From Clostridia bacterium (GTDB lineage: Bacteria > Bacillota > Clostridia > Oscillospirales > CAG-272): 52,197 nucleotides of DNA. The stretch spans positions 1 through 52,197 of the forward strand of contig JAFYHA010000020.1 in NCBI GenBank assembly GCA_017539425.1, in the 5' to 3' direction. The notes beneath the pieces are model-generated. The model saw only the letters and a list, made by a program, of their open reading frames with translations. It did not search any database and was not told the origin of the DNA. The translations under genes and the position numbers were made by a program. How positions within the stretch are numbered: the first letter of the stretch is position 1; every line of letters begins with the position of its first letter. Shown here piece after piece: positions 19,328 through 28,329 of this stretch.

Positions 19328-20329
19328 ATGGGAAAGTTTATAGTCAAAAGATTGCTTCTTTGTGTAGTCATATTTTTCTTTGCTATGTTCTTGATCTACA
19401 CATTGATTTACAACTTGCCCTCCAGCTACGTGGAAACGACCGCCCGAGAACTCGCTGCCGCGACTTCCAAAATGGGCGGCAAGAATTATCAGGAGTGGCT
19501 GGCACAGTTGAATGAGCAATACGGAATGAATAAAGGCGTGGTGGCCGGCTATTTCACCTGGCTTGGAAACGCCCTGAAAGGCGATTTTGGTACGAGCTGG
19601 AAATGGAATATGGCCTGCACAGCCAAATTTGCCGGTTGCATCTGGAACAGTTTTACCCTTGGACTTGTAGCTTTCGTTTTTGAAATCCTGATAGCGATCC
19701 CGTTGGGAGTCGTGGCAGCCAAAAAGCAGTATAGCATTACCGATTACACGGTGACATGTGTGTCGCTGATCGGTATTTCGTTGCCTACATTCTTTGTGGC
19801 AACCGTATTGAAACTTATTTTTGCAATCAATCTGGGCTGGCTTGATATCGGCGGTATGCACAGCAAGTTCTTTATCGCGGCCAATGCCACTCAGTGGGAA
19901 AATATTCTGGATCTGGGCAAGCATTTCATTTTGCCGGCTATGACGCTGATCTTTGTCAGTATCGGCGGCTTGATGAGATACACCAGAACCAACATGCTTG
20001 AGGTTTTAAATGCGGACTACATCCGCACAGCCAGAGCCAAAGGCCTTTCCGAAGGCAAGGTCATCGGTTATCACGCGTTCCGGAACACATTGATCCCGGT
20101 CGTGACGCTGCTGGGCGGTACGCTTCCCGGACTGTTCTCCGGCGCACTGATCACGGAAACGCTGTTTTCTATCGAAGGTATCGGTTATGTGTCGTACAAT
20201 TCGATGATCAGCGGCGATATTCCGTTTACGATGTTCTATCTTGCACTGATGTCGGTTCTGACGCTGTTGGGGAATCTCATTTCCGATATCCTGTATGCGG
20301 TCGTGGATCCCCGCGTAAGGGTCAATTGA
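19328..20329 (+). CDS. oppB: Oligopeptide/dipeptide ABC permease
   Basis: GDFGTSW, DYIRTARAKGLSE (EAA loop), HAFRN, DILYAVVDPRV. Confidence 0.92.
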   Translation: MGKFIVKRLLLCVVIFFFAMFLIYTLIYNLPSSYVETTARELAAATSKMGGKNYQEWLAQLNEQYGMNKGVVAGYFTWLGNALKGDFGTSWKWNMACTAKFAGCIWNSFTLGLVAFVFEILIAIPLGVVAAKKQYSITDYTVTCVSLIGISLPTFFVATVLKLIFAINLGWLDIGGMHSKFFIAANATQWENILDLGKHFILPAMTLIFVSIGGLMRYTRTNMLEVLNADYIRTARAKGLSEGKVIGYHAFRNTLIPVVTLLGGTLPGLFSGALITETLFSIEGIGYVSYNSMISGDIPFTMFYLALMSVLTLLGNLISDILYAVVDPRVRVN

Positions 20330-20339
20330 GGTAAGAGTT

Positions 20340-22238
20340 ATGGCAGAGAACAATACAACGAATTTGCTTAACGAAAAGCTCAAGGCCAGAGAAGCGGAAC
20401 AGGCAAAGGAGACCAACGCAAAGCAGGCGGATGAACCGATTGCGCTGGACGATGCGTCCAGAGTGAAAGTTCTCAGCCCTGCAAGACTGGTGTTGAAGAG
20501 ATTCCTGAGGAACAAACTGGCTATTGTCGGTATGGTCTTGCTGATTGCGCTGTTTTCGTTGTCCTTCCTGGGCCCGGTGTTCTATCCATATGGTCAGCTG
20601 GACAAGTTTACGACCGTAAAAGGCATGGAACTGGATTATGCTGTCTGCGGTGTGCCGAGCACATTCAACAAGTATATGCTTGTGGAGAACAAGGCCACAG
20701 ATGAATTCAAGAATTTTGTGGATTCGTTCATCAAGGAACTGAACAACGACGAAGCAGACGAGAAACTTGTAGAACGTATGGGGTCTTCGTTTATCGTGAC
20801 CAAGGGCGTGGACAACGTATACACGGTCAAGATCAAGAGCGCGGAACTGTATGCCTATGACAACATCCGCAAGGAAGTCAAGGTTGGAGAACCTTCTGCT
20901 GAACTGGATGCAAAGATCAAAGCGGCAATCGAAAACAAAGAATCGGAATTCACCTTTGAAGGCGTGTCCTATCAACTGGTTTCCAAGTCCAAAACCGAGA
21001 CGGGTGTGATCGCCACCTATCCGGACGGTGCTGAAGTCGAGGCTATTCTGGCCACAAAACTGACGTTTGATCCGGTGGAAAGCGGTTACAAAGTGGAAGA
21101 TGAGATGATTTCCCTTGCTCTGCTGAATTATCAAAAAGAGAACCGTTTCACCTATAAGGGTGCCGAGTATACCATTGAGATCCATGAAGGCGGCAGCGCA
21201 AAGATCCTGGATTCAACAGGAAAGGCTGTTATTGACATACTGCCTTACTCGATCCGTGACATCAGCGGCAAAGACAGTTTGGGCGGTGGCTTCAAAACAG
21301 CATTCGCGGCTGTTGTCAATCAGATGGAAGCGGAGAAGTCCAGAACCGGGAAATTCAGTTACGACGTACCTCAGCTGGATGCCGATACGGCTCAGTATCT
21401 GACCGATGAAGACGGGAACCTGATTCTGGAAAACGAGGAACTGGCTGTCAACCGCAAGGAAATATCCGGAGAGGTGCGCTACTATGCGAATTATTCCGTT
21501 CGCAAGGAAGTATATGACCTGTATTCTCCGCCTTCCAGAGCCCATATCCTGGGTACGGACGGCGACGGATATGATGTGCTTGCCAGAATCATGTACGGCG
21601 GCCGGATCTCTTTGATCGTCGGGTTCGTGGTCGTGTTCCTGGAAACCATTCTGGGCGTCATTATGGGCGGTATTGCCGGTTTCTTCGGAGGATGGGTCGA
21701 TACGTTGATCATGCGTCTGGTCGATATCTTCTACTGCATACCGACCATGCCGATCATGATCATCATCGCGTCCGTGTTTGACAAACTGAAGGTCCCTCCG
21801 TACGAACGGCTTATGTGGATGATGGTCATTCTGGGCGTACTGGGCTGGTCTGGTATTGCCAGACTGGTCAGAGGGCAGATCCTGTCCCTGCGTGAGCAGG
21901 AGTTCATGATCGCGGCCGAGGCGACCGGTTTGAAGACTAACAGGCGTATTTACAAGCATTTGATTCCGAACGTCATGCCCCAGCTGATCGTATCTATGAC
22001 AATGGGCCTTGGCGGTGTCATTCTGACGGAATCCACGCTGTCCTATCTCGGCCTCGGTGTCAAACATCCGCTGGCTACATGGGGTAACATCATCAACTCT
22101 GTGTCTTCGATCGAAGCCATGAAGAGTTACGTGTACATCTGGCTCCCTGTCGGAATTCTGATCTGTCTTGCGGTTATCGCATTCAACTTTGTCGGTGACG
22201 GCTTGCGCGATGCGTTCGATCCAAAAATGAAACGCTGA
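20340..22238 (+). CDS. oppC: Oligopeptide ABC permease with a large extracytoplasmic insertion
   Basis: RFLRNKLA, PPS..HILGTDGDGYDVLARIMYGGRISL, EFMIAAEATG, GDGLRDAFDP; about 300 extra aa after TM1. Confidence 0.9.
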   Translation: MAENNTTNLLNEKLKAREAEQAKETNAKQADEPIALDDASRVKVLSPARLVLKRFLRNKLAIVGMVLLIALFSLSFLGPVFYPYGQLDKFTTVKGMELDYAVCGVPSTFNKYMLVENKATDEFKNFVDSFIKELNNDEADEKLVERMGSSFIVTKGVDNVYTVKIKSAELYAYDNIRKEVKVGEPSAELDAKIKAAIENKESEFTFEGVSYQLVSKSKTETGVIATYPDGAEVEAILATKLTFDPVESGYKVEDEMISLALLNYQKENRFTYKGAEYTIEIHEGGSAKILDSTGKAVIDILPYSIRDISGKDSLGGGFKTAFAAVVNQMEAEKSRTGKFSYDVPQLDADTAQYLTDEDGNLILENEELAVNRKEISGEVRYYANYSVRKEVYDLYSPPSRAHILGTDGDGYDVLARIMYGGRISLIVGFVVVFLETILGVIMGGIAGFFGGWVDTLIMRLVDIFYCIPTMPIMIIIASVFDKLKVPPYERLMWMMVILGVLGWSGIARLVRGQILSLREQEFMIAAEATGLKTNRRIYKHLIPNVMPQLIVSMTMGLGGVILTESTLSYLGLGVKHPLATWGNIINSVSSIEAMKSYVYIWLPVGILICLAVIAFNFVGDGLRDAFDPKMKR

Positions 22239-22253
22239 TTTCGGGTGGTTGCT

Positions 22254-23441
22254 ATGGCATTGAAAAGAAAAAATGTGAATTATATTTCCGGTAAGGAATC
22301 CAGAAATATTTCCAAAAGAAACAGAGAGATCACAAGAAGACTGGAGAAGGAACGGAACAATTCCAAGAAAGACAGTTCTCTGTACATGACAAAAATGCAT
22401 GACGAGAACAATGTCGTGGAAATGGATAACGTCTGCACTTACTTCTTCACGGATATCGGTGTGGTCCGGGCCGTTGACGGCGTTTCATTCAATATTCCTA
22501 AATGCTCAACCGTGGGTGTGGTCGGCGAGTCCGGATGCGGAAAAAGCGTCACATCGCTGTCCTTGATGCAGCTGGTCCAGAGGCCGACCGGTCAGGTCGT
22601 CGGCGGTGAGATCCGCCTGAACAACGACGACGGAACAGCATACAACATCGTCAATACCCCTACGTCCATTATGCAGGAGATCCGCGGCAACAAGGTTTCC
22701 ATGATTTTCCAGGAGCCTATGACGAGCCTGAACCCCGTGTTCAAGATCGGCGCGCAGATCAACGAGGTCCTCGAACTGCATAATAAGGAAATGACCAAGG
22801 AGGAGATCCGGGAAAGAACCCTTGAGATGCTCAAGATGGTCGGCATTGCGAATGCGGAAGGCGTGTACAACATGTATCCGCACGAACTGTCAGGCGGTAT
22901 GCGGCAGCGTGTGATGATTGCCATCGCATTGGCCTGCAGCCCCAAGCTGATCATTGCGGACGAGCCCACAACGGCCCTGGACGTGACCATTCAGGCCCAG
23001 ATCCTGGATCTGCTCAGAAACCTGAAGGACAAGATCAACAGTTCGATCATGCTGATCACCCACGACCTGGGAGTGATCGCGGAAATGGCAGACTATGTCG
23101 TTGTCATGTATGCGGGACGGGTCGTCGAGAAGGGAACGGCACAGGATATTTTCCATAATCCCTGCCACCCGTACACGATCGGCCTGATGAATTCAAAGCC
23201 GGTGGTCGGGAAACAGGTCGAAGAACTGTACAACATCCCCGGAAATGTTCCGAACCCCATCAACATGCCGAACTACTGCTATTTCAAAGATCGCTGTGAG
23301 TTCTGCGATAAGGAAAAGTGTTCCGGCCGCTATCCGCCAGAAATCAAGATCAGCGATACGCACATCGTATCCTGCTATCGGTTTATGGATCAGGGCGAGG
23401 TCATGGGCTATCCCAAGATCATCAACACGGAGGAACTTTGA
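22254..23441 (+). CDS. oppD: Oligopeptide ABC ATP-binding protein
   Basis: [30 protein letters not shown]; Cys-containing C-terminal domain. Confidence 0.93.
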   Translation: MALKRKNVNYISGKESRNISKRNREITRRLEKERNNSKKDSSLYMTKMHDENNVVEMDNVCTYFFTDIGVVRAVDGVSFNIPKCSTVGVVGESGCGKSVTSLSLMQLVQRPTGQVVGGEIRLNNDDGTAYNIVNTPTSIMQEIRGNKVSMIFQEPMTSLNPVFKIGAQINEVLELHNKEMTKEEIRERTLEMLKMVGIANAEGVYNMYPHELSGGMRQRVMIAIALACSPKLIIADEPTTALDVTIQAQILDLLRNLKDKINSSIMLITHDLGVIAEMADYVVVMYAGRVVEKGTAQDIFHNPCHPYTIGLMNSKPVVGKQVEELYNIPGNVPNPINMPNYCYFKDRCEFCDKEKCSGRYPPEIKISDTHIVSCYRFMDQGEVMGYPKIINTEEL

Positions 23442-23443
23442 GT

Positions 23444-24610
23444 ATGGAAGATATCGTAAAAGATACAGCCGTCAACGAGAGCGAAACCAAAAACGACTAT
23501 GTTCTTGAAGTCCGGAATCTGAAAAAGTATTTTCCAATCAAGTCCAGTTTTCTCAGGCTGGTCATCGGTAACGTCAAGGCCGTCGACGGGGTTTCCTTCG
23601 CCATAAAACGCGGAACCACGATGGGACTTGTCGGCGAATCGGGTTGCGGAAAGTCTACAGTCGGACGCACACTGCTCAGACTGCAGAGCAAGACCGAGGG
23701 TGAAGTCATCTTTGATGGCGTGGACATCTTCAAGCTCTCAAAAAAGGAACTGAGAAAGATCCGTCCGAAGATCCAGATCATCTTCCAGGATCCGTATTCA
23801 AGTCTGTCACCCAGAATGCCTATCGGGGAGATCATCGGTGAAGCCGTGCGGGAACACAACATCGTGCCGCCGGAAGAGTACGAAGACTACATCTCCCGGA
23901 TCATGCGTGCGTGCGGACTGCAGGAATACTATAAGGACCGCTATCCGCATGAGTTCTCAGGCGGACAGCGCCAGAGGATCTGTATCGCCCGTGCGTTGGC
24001 CCTGAACCCGGATTTCATTGTCTGCGACGAACCGGTTTCGGCTCTGGACGTTTCGATCCAGGCTCAGATCATCAACCTGCTCAAACAGCTTCAGAGAGAT
24101 TTCAACCTGACCTATCTGTTCATCTCCCATGATCTATCCGTTGTGGAACATATTTCGGACACGGTCGGTGTGATGTATCTTGGTTCAATGGTTGAGTATT
24201 CCGAAACGGAAAAGATCTTCTCCAATCCACTTCATCCGTATACGAAAGCGCTGTTTTCCGCCATCCCGGTTCCGGATCCGGATTACAAGATGGAACGGAT
24301 CGTGCTGGAGGGCAGCATTCCGTCACCGGCCAATCCTCCCAAAGGCTGCAAATTCCACACCAGATGCAAGGATTGCATGAAGATGTGCGAATGCGTTGTC
24401 CCGAATTACAAAGAGGTTGAACCCGGGCATTTCTGCGCATGCCATCTGTACAACTCGGAAGAGGAGAACCAGGCGGCTGAGGAAGAAATGAAGAAGCTCG
24501 AGGAAGAAGCCGAACTAGCGAATAAGCCGGGAACACCTGCAGCAGAGCCTGAGGATGAGGTCGTAGAGGACGCTAAGGAAGAAGAGAAAGCTTCGGAAAC
24601 GAAGGAATGA
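23444..24610 (+). CDS. oppF: Oligopeptide ABC ATP-binding protein
   Basis: [33 protein letters not shown]; acidic tail; start ATG 23444. Confidence 0.93.
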   Translation: MEDIVKDTAVNESETKNDYVLEVRNLKKYFPIKSSFLRLVIGNVKAVDGVSFAIKRGTTMGLVGESGCGKSTVGRTLLRLQSKTEGEVIFDGVDIFKLSKKELRKIRPKIQIIFQDPYSSLSPRMPIGEIIGEAVREHNIVPPEEYEDYISRIMRACGLQEYYKDRYPHEFSGGQRQRICIARALALNPDFIVCDEPVSALDVSIQAQIINLLKQLQRDFNLTYLFISHDLSVVEHISDTVGVMYLGSMVEYSETEKIFSNPLHPYTKALFSAIPVPDPDYKMERIVLEGSIPSPANPPKGCKFHTRCKDCMKMCECVVPNYKEVEPGHFCACHLYNSEEENQAAEEEMKKLEEEAELANKPGTPAAEPEDEVVEDAKEEEKASETKE

Positions 24611-24628
24611 AACTAAACGGAGTTAGAT

Positions 24629-24898
24629 ATGGCCAGAAAAGACAAGGATTTTGAGGATGACGGCCGGGTCATTGCTCCCATGAACGTGGAGGGAATGCCC
24701 TGGTACGATTCCCACAGAGCCAAAAACAAGGACGCGGATGCGGAAAAGAACGCACAGGAATTGAAAAAGATCGGGAAGAAAGAGACTTTCCATCTGATCC
24801 TGGGCGTGCTTGGAGCCGCACTTGCGGTGACCGCCGTGTTTGCCCTGGGATATCTTTTGTTCATTCTGTTCTGCCAGTATGTCTGGTTCAGAGTCTAA
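24629..24898 (+). CDS. Small hypothetical membrane protein
   Basis: 89 aa; DDGRVIAPMNVEGMPWY then a C-terminal TM segment; last gene of the opp unit. Confidence 0.7.
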   Translation: MARKDKDFEDDGRVIAPMNVEGMPWYDSHRAKNKDADAEKNAQELKKIGKKETFHLILGVLGAALAVTAVFALGYLLFILFCQYVWFRV

Positions 24899-24912
24899 GG
24901 CCGTAAGGCCAA

Positions 24913-24966
24913 GCCAAACAGAAAAGCAGCAGCAAGGTTTTCCTCGCTGCTGCTTTTCTGTTTGGC
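24913..24966. terminator. Bidirectional terminator between the opp and BMC operons
   Basis: 21-bp perfect inverted repeat GCCAAACAGAAAAGCAGCAGC / GCTGCTGCTTTTCTGTTTGGC. Confidence 0.85.
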
Positions 24967-24977
24967 GGACAGGAATC

Positions 24978-25826
24978 TCAATACTTTCCGGCGCAGCCGA
25001 ACAGCTGCATCTTTTCCATAGTCGCTTCCTTGACAGCCAGGCGAACGACAGGCATGATGTCGGTCTGTCCCATACCGGGCTTCCAGACTTCGTGGGCGGC
25101 TTTGGCGAAAGCCGTGTTGATGTCGGTGAAGATATTGACCTTGGAGATACCGTTGGCGATGGTGCGTTTGAAATCGTCGTCGGACAGACCGGAACCGCCG
25201 TGCAGCACCAGAGGCGTGCTGACGATGCTGGCGATCTCCTTGAGACGGTCAAAGTCGAGTCTGGGCTTTTCCTTGTATGCGCCGTGTGCAGTACCGATGG
25301 CAACGGCCAGAGCGTCTACACCGGTGACCGTAGCATATTCCAGAGCCTGCTGAGGATCGGTATAGATGCTGTTGTCGTTGGGGCCGTGGTTCTCCGCACT
25401 GGATTCGTTTGCGCCGACATGACCCAGCTCGCCCTCCACGGAAATGCCGCGTTCATGTGCATAGCGCACCAGAGCACGGACTTTCCCCATGTTGCTGTAA
25501 TAGTCATCCGTGGAGCAGTCGAACATAACGGACGTAAAGCCGAGACGGATGGCTTTCTTGACCATATCCAGGGTCAGACCGTGGTCCAGATGCAGAACGA
25601 TCGGGACGGTCGCCTTTTTGGCCAGAGGAAGCAGGAATGCGGACAAATCCTCCAGGGAGGCATACGGGGTCAGGATCTCGGCCGTGCCGATGATGACCGG
25701 CGCGCGAAGCTCTTCGGCGGCTTCAATAACGCCCTTGGCCATTTCCAGGTCCACGGTGTTGAACAATCCTACGGCATAGTGTTCTGCCTTAGCACGAGGC
25801 AGGAGGTCTCTCATAGTTACAAGCAT
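24978..25826 (-). CDS. Class II fructose/tagatose-bisphosphate aldolase family protein (last gene of the BMC operon)
   Basis: LHLDHG, TSVMFD, VEGELGHVG, AIGTAHG, LVLHGGSG, KVNIFTD. Confidence 0.92.
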   Translation of the reverse strand: MLVTMRDLLPRAKAEHYAVGLFNTVDLEMAKGVIEAAEELRAPVIIGTAEILTPYASLEDLSAFLLPLAKKATVPIVLHLDHGLTLDMVKKAIRLGFTSVMFDCSTDDYYSNMGKVRALVRYAHERGISVEGELGHVGANESSAENHGPNDNSIYTDPQQALEYATVTGVDALAVAIGTAHGAYKEKPRLDFDRLKEIASIVSTPLVLHGGSGLSDDDFKRTIANGISKVNIFTDINTAFAKAAHEVWKPGMGQTDIMPVVRLAVKEATMEKMQLFGCAGKY

Positions 25827-25877
25827 TGCGGTTTACCTTTCTTATCTGAAAAGTGTAGATGATTGATTGGCGCTGGA

Positions 25878-26072
25878 TCAGAGCAGCCAGACAGGGAGTT
25901 CTTCAGTGATCAGAACATAGTTGCCGTGGCGGGGAGCCTTCTTGGGGGCTGCCTTTTTGGCCGGTTCTTTCACAACGGCCTCGGTCTCTTCCGCAGGGGC
26001 GGCGATCACGGTCTCTTTAACGGCTTCCTTTTTGCCCGCTGCACGGGTGATGCTGCTTTTACCGACTGACAT
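25878..26072 (-). CDS. Small low-complexity ParA partner protein (McdB-like candidate), 64 aa
   Basis: ATG 26072 after RBS AAGGAG, overlapping the ParA 3' end; basic N-terminus, A/E/K/P-rich middle, C-terminal ELPVWLL. Confidence 0.65.
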   Translation of the reverse strand: MSVGKSSITRAAGKKEAVKETVIAAPAEETEAVVKEPAKKAAPKKAPRHGNYVLITEELPVWLL

Positions 26073-26850
26073 ATTCCATAATCTCCTTTGCAAGATTTGC
26101 ATATTCTTCAGCGCTTCTGGAACTGCGCTTGTATTCGCCAACAGGCTTGCTGTTGTCCTGAGACCATTCGATGGTGCTGTCGATCCGTACGATCGTACGG
26201 AAGACGGTCAGCCCTTCGTAGGAACCCAGTGTGTCCAGAGTCTGCTTAAAGTACTTTTTCCGTTCATCTGCCTTGGTGATGGCGATACCCAGCAGATGGA
26301 TATCCGGGGCAATGGACTGGACCTGCTTGACGAAATCAAACATGTTCGCCAGACCGAAGAGCCCCCAGGGGCTGGCCTCGACCGGAATGATCAGTTCCTT
26401 TGAGGCACACATGATGTTCATGACCCAGCAGCCAAGCGTCGGGGGCGAGTCAATGAGTATATAATCGTAAGTGCCGGAGGCCACTACGTTGGCCAGACAT
26501 TTTTTCAGGATGAATTCCCGCTGCCACTTTGGAAACAGTTCAAATTCCACCGAGCTCATCAAGGTCGAGGAAGGAATGATATCCAGGCCTTTGTACGGAG
26601 TGGGTACGATGAATGCGGCCAGGTCCTTCTGGTCCCGGATCGCATTGTAGATCGTCTTTCCGGATTCGACAAAGGTCAAGGCGGCTTCCTCATCAAAGAA
26701 GGAGAGGGTCAGGTTCAGCTGCATGTCTCCGTCGATGAGCAGGACTCTGCGGCCGGCCCTTGCCATTTCATATCCGACATTGGCACAGGTCGTGGATTTT
26801 CCGCTTCCACCTTTGTTGTTGGCAAAGCAGATCACTTGGGTAAGACTCAT
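26059..26850 (-). CDS. ParA/Soj family ATPase inside the BMC operon (McdA-like candidate)
   Basis: Deviant Walker A KGGSGKST, LLIDGDMQ, DYILIDSPP; no N-terminal HTH. Confidence 0.9.
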   Translation of the reverse strand: MSLTQVICFANNKGGSGKSTTCANVGYEMARAGRRVLLIDGDMQLNLTLSFFDEEAALTFVESGKTIYNAIRDQKDLAAFIVPTPYKGLDIIPSSTLMSSVEFELFPKWQREFILKKCLANVVASGTYDYILIDSPPTLGCWVMNIMCASKELIIPVEASPWGLFGLANMFDFVKQVQSIAPDIHLLGIAITKADERKKYFKQTLDTLGSYEGLTVFRTIVRIDSTIEWSQDNSKPVGEYKRSSRSAEEYANLAKEIMEYVSR

Positions 26851-26865
26851 ATGGGATGCTCTCCT

Positions 26866-27360
26866 TTACATGGCTTGTGAAGCGGTGCTGCGGCTGCGCC
26901 GGACAGGGCGTCTGACCGTAGGACGGTCACCTGCGCTGTCATCCAGGTAGGCAATGATATCAGATAATCCCTCGCCGGTCACCGAGCTGACCTTGAAGAT
27001 CTTCTTGCATCCGGCTTCCCGTAACCAGTTTTCGGTCATGGGAATGTTGGCATCCGGCTTGTCGATCCCGGTGAGGATTCCGATGACTTCCCGGTTGCAC
27101 ATACAGGTGATATTGGGAGGGAAGAGCGTGAACGGTTCATCTGCACTGCACAGGATCCCGACCACATCCGCCTCGTAGGTGTACAAGGCCAGAGCGGCGC
27201 CAAGTCCGCGGGTCTGCAGGTATTCGCCCGGCGTGTCAATGATCGTATCGGTATAGGAGATGTACTGTGTCTTGCAATAGGACAGTTGTTCTCCCTTGAG
27301 AGCCTGCATCAGGGTCGTCTTGCCGGCGCCTACGCGTCCGGCAAGGATCAGCCTGCGCAT
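26866..27360 (-). CDS. EutP/PduV family microcompartment GTPase
   Basis: GRVGAGKTTL, KTQ, IDTPGEY, VSSVTGEG. Confidence 0.92.
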   Translation of the reverse strand: MRRLILAGRVGAGKTTLMQALKGEQLSYCKTQYISYTDTIIDTPGEYLQTRGLGAALALYTYEADVVGILCSADEPFTLFPPNITCMCNREVIGILTGIDKPDANIPMTENWLREAGCKKIFKVSSVTGEGLSDIIAYLDDSAGDRPTVRRPVRRSRSTASQAM

Positions 27361-27364
27361 GGGA

Positions 27365-27739
27365 CTATGTCCTCGTCAGCGGGCAGACCGTAAACCCAAG
27401 CGTGTCCCGCACGTATGTGCAGATGGCCTGGAAGGAGGCTTCTACCTGGGAAACCGTTCCGGTCAGGATCAGCGTGCCGCTGAAACGGTCTACAAAGCCG
27501 AGCTCCGCGCCTGAGGATTTAAGCGCGATATCCGCAATGATGACGGCTGTCTCGGCCGGACTGATCGTCATGACACCGATCGCCGCCTTTGAATATTCAA
27601 CTTGAGGGTCCAGACCGAGTTTATAGTACAAAATCGGGTCCGGATTCGCGACAATGTGCGCCAGTGTGATCTGCCGTCCGGGAACCAGTTCCTGGACAAT
27701 ACGCATCTTGTCATGAAGGGCGATTGGATCTTCACTCAT
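27365..27739 (-). CDS. BMC shell protein, permuted PduU/EutS type
   Basis: RIVQELVPGRQITLAH, AIGVMTISPAE, FVDRFSGTL. Confidence 0.92.
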   Translation of the reverse strand: MSEDPIALHDKMRIVQELVPGRQITLAHIVANPDPILYYKLGLDPQVEYSKAAIGVMTISPAETAVIIADIALKSSGAELGFVDRFSGTLILTGTVSQVEASFQAICTYVRDTLGFTVCPLTRT

Positions 27740-27759
27740 AATTAGGTGACTCTATCTTT

Positions 27760-28305
27760 CTACAGATTGTCCCACAGTTCTTCGTGCGGGGCTGGAATGA
27801 CCGTATAATTGTTCAGCATGCTCTGTTCCTGAGCGTGCTTGGCACCCGCCTCTACGGCGGCGGTGACGTCTCCGACATCCCCGGTGACCAGGACGATGCC
27901 CTTGCCGCCCATGCCTCTGGAGAGCCGGAGCTCATAGATGGCGACCTTTGCGGTCTTGACGGCAATATCTGCGGCTTTGACGATGCTGGCGGCACTGTAG
28001 GTCTCGATGATGCCAAGACTCCCTTTGCGCTCGGGCGCGACCGTTCCGTACAGGGCGGTGATGACCTGAGGGTCGATCCGGCCCATCAGGGACACGTCGA
28101 CAAGGGTGGACGCAAAGCGTTCCTTGACATGCTCTTCGGCAGCGGTTACATCTGCGATGGAACCGGTCAGCATGATCTCAAACTTGCCCGGACAGACCGG
28201 ATGCGCCGAGACCAGACGGACTCCTGCGCTCTTCAGCGCAGCATCCGTAGCTTCTATGCCCGCAGCAATGCTTTTCAATTCAATTACGCCTACGGCTTGG
28301 TACAT
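27760..28305 (-). CDS. Tandem-domain BMC shell protein, PduT-like (BMC-T)
   Basis: Two BMC domains; CPGKF motif carrying the Fe-S-ligating Cys of PduT; GMGGKG. Confidence 0.9.
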   Translation of the reverse strand: MYQAVGVIELKSIAAGIEATDAALKSAGVRLVSAHPVCPGKFEIMLTGSIADVTAAEEHVKERFASTLVDVSLMGRIDPQVITALYGTVAPERKGSLGIIETYSAASIVKAADIAVKTAKVAIYELRLSRGMGGKGIVLVTGDVGDVTAAVEAGAKHAQEQSMLNNYTVIPAPHEELWDNL

Positions 28306-28329
28306 AGTGGTTTCGTTCCTTCTGTCACG

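Noticed and set aside
24913-24966. 21-bp perfect inverted repeat as a MITE or IS end
   Set aside because: Single copy, short loop and located between convergent operons; best explained as a bidirectional terminator
26059-26850. ParA as a chromosome or plasmid partition gene
   Set aside because: No ParB, parS or replication gene nearby; embedded in the BMC operon
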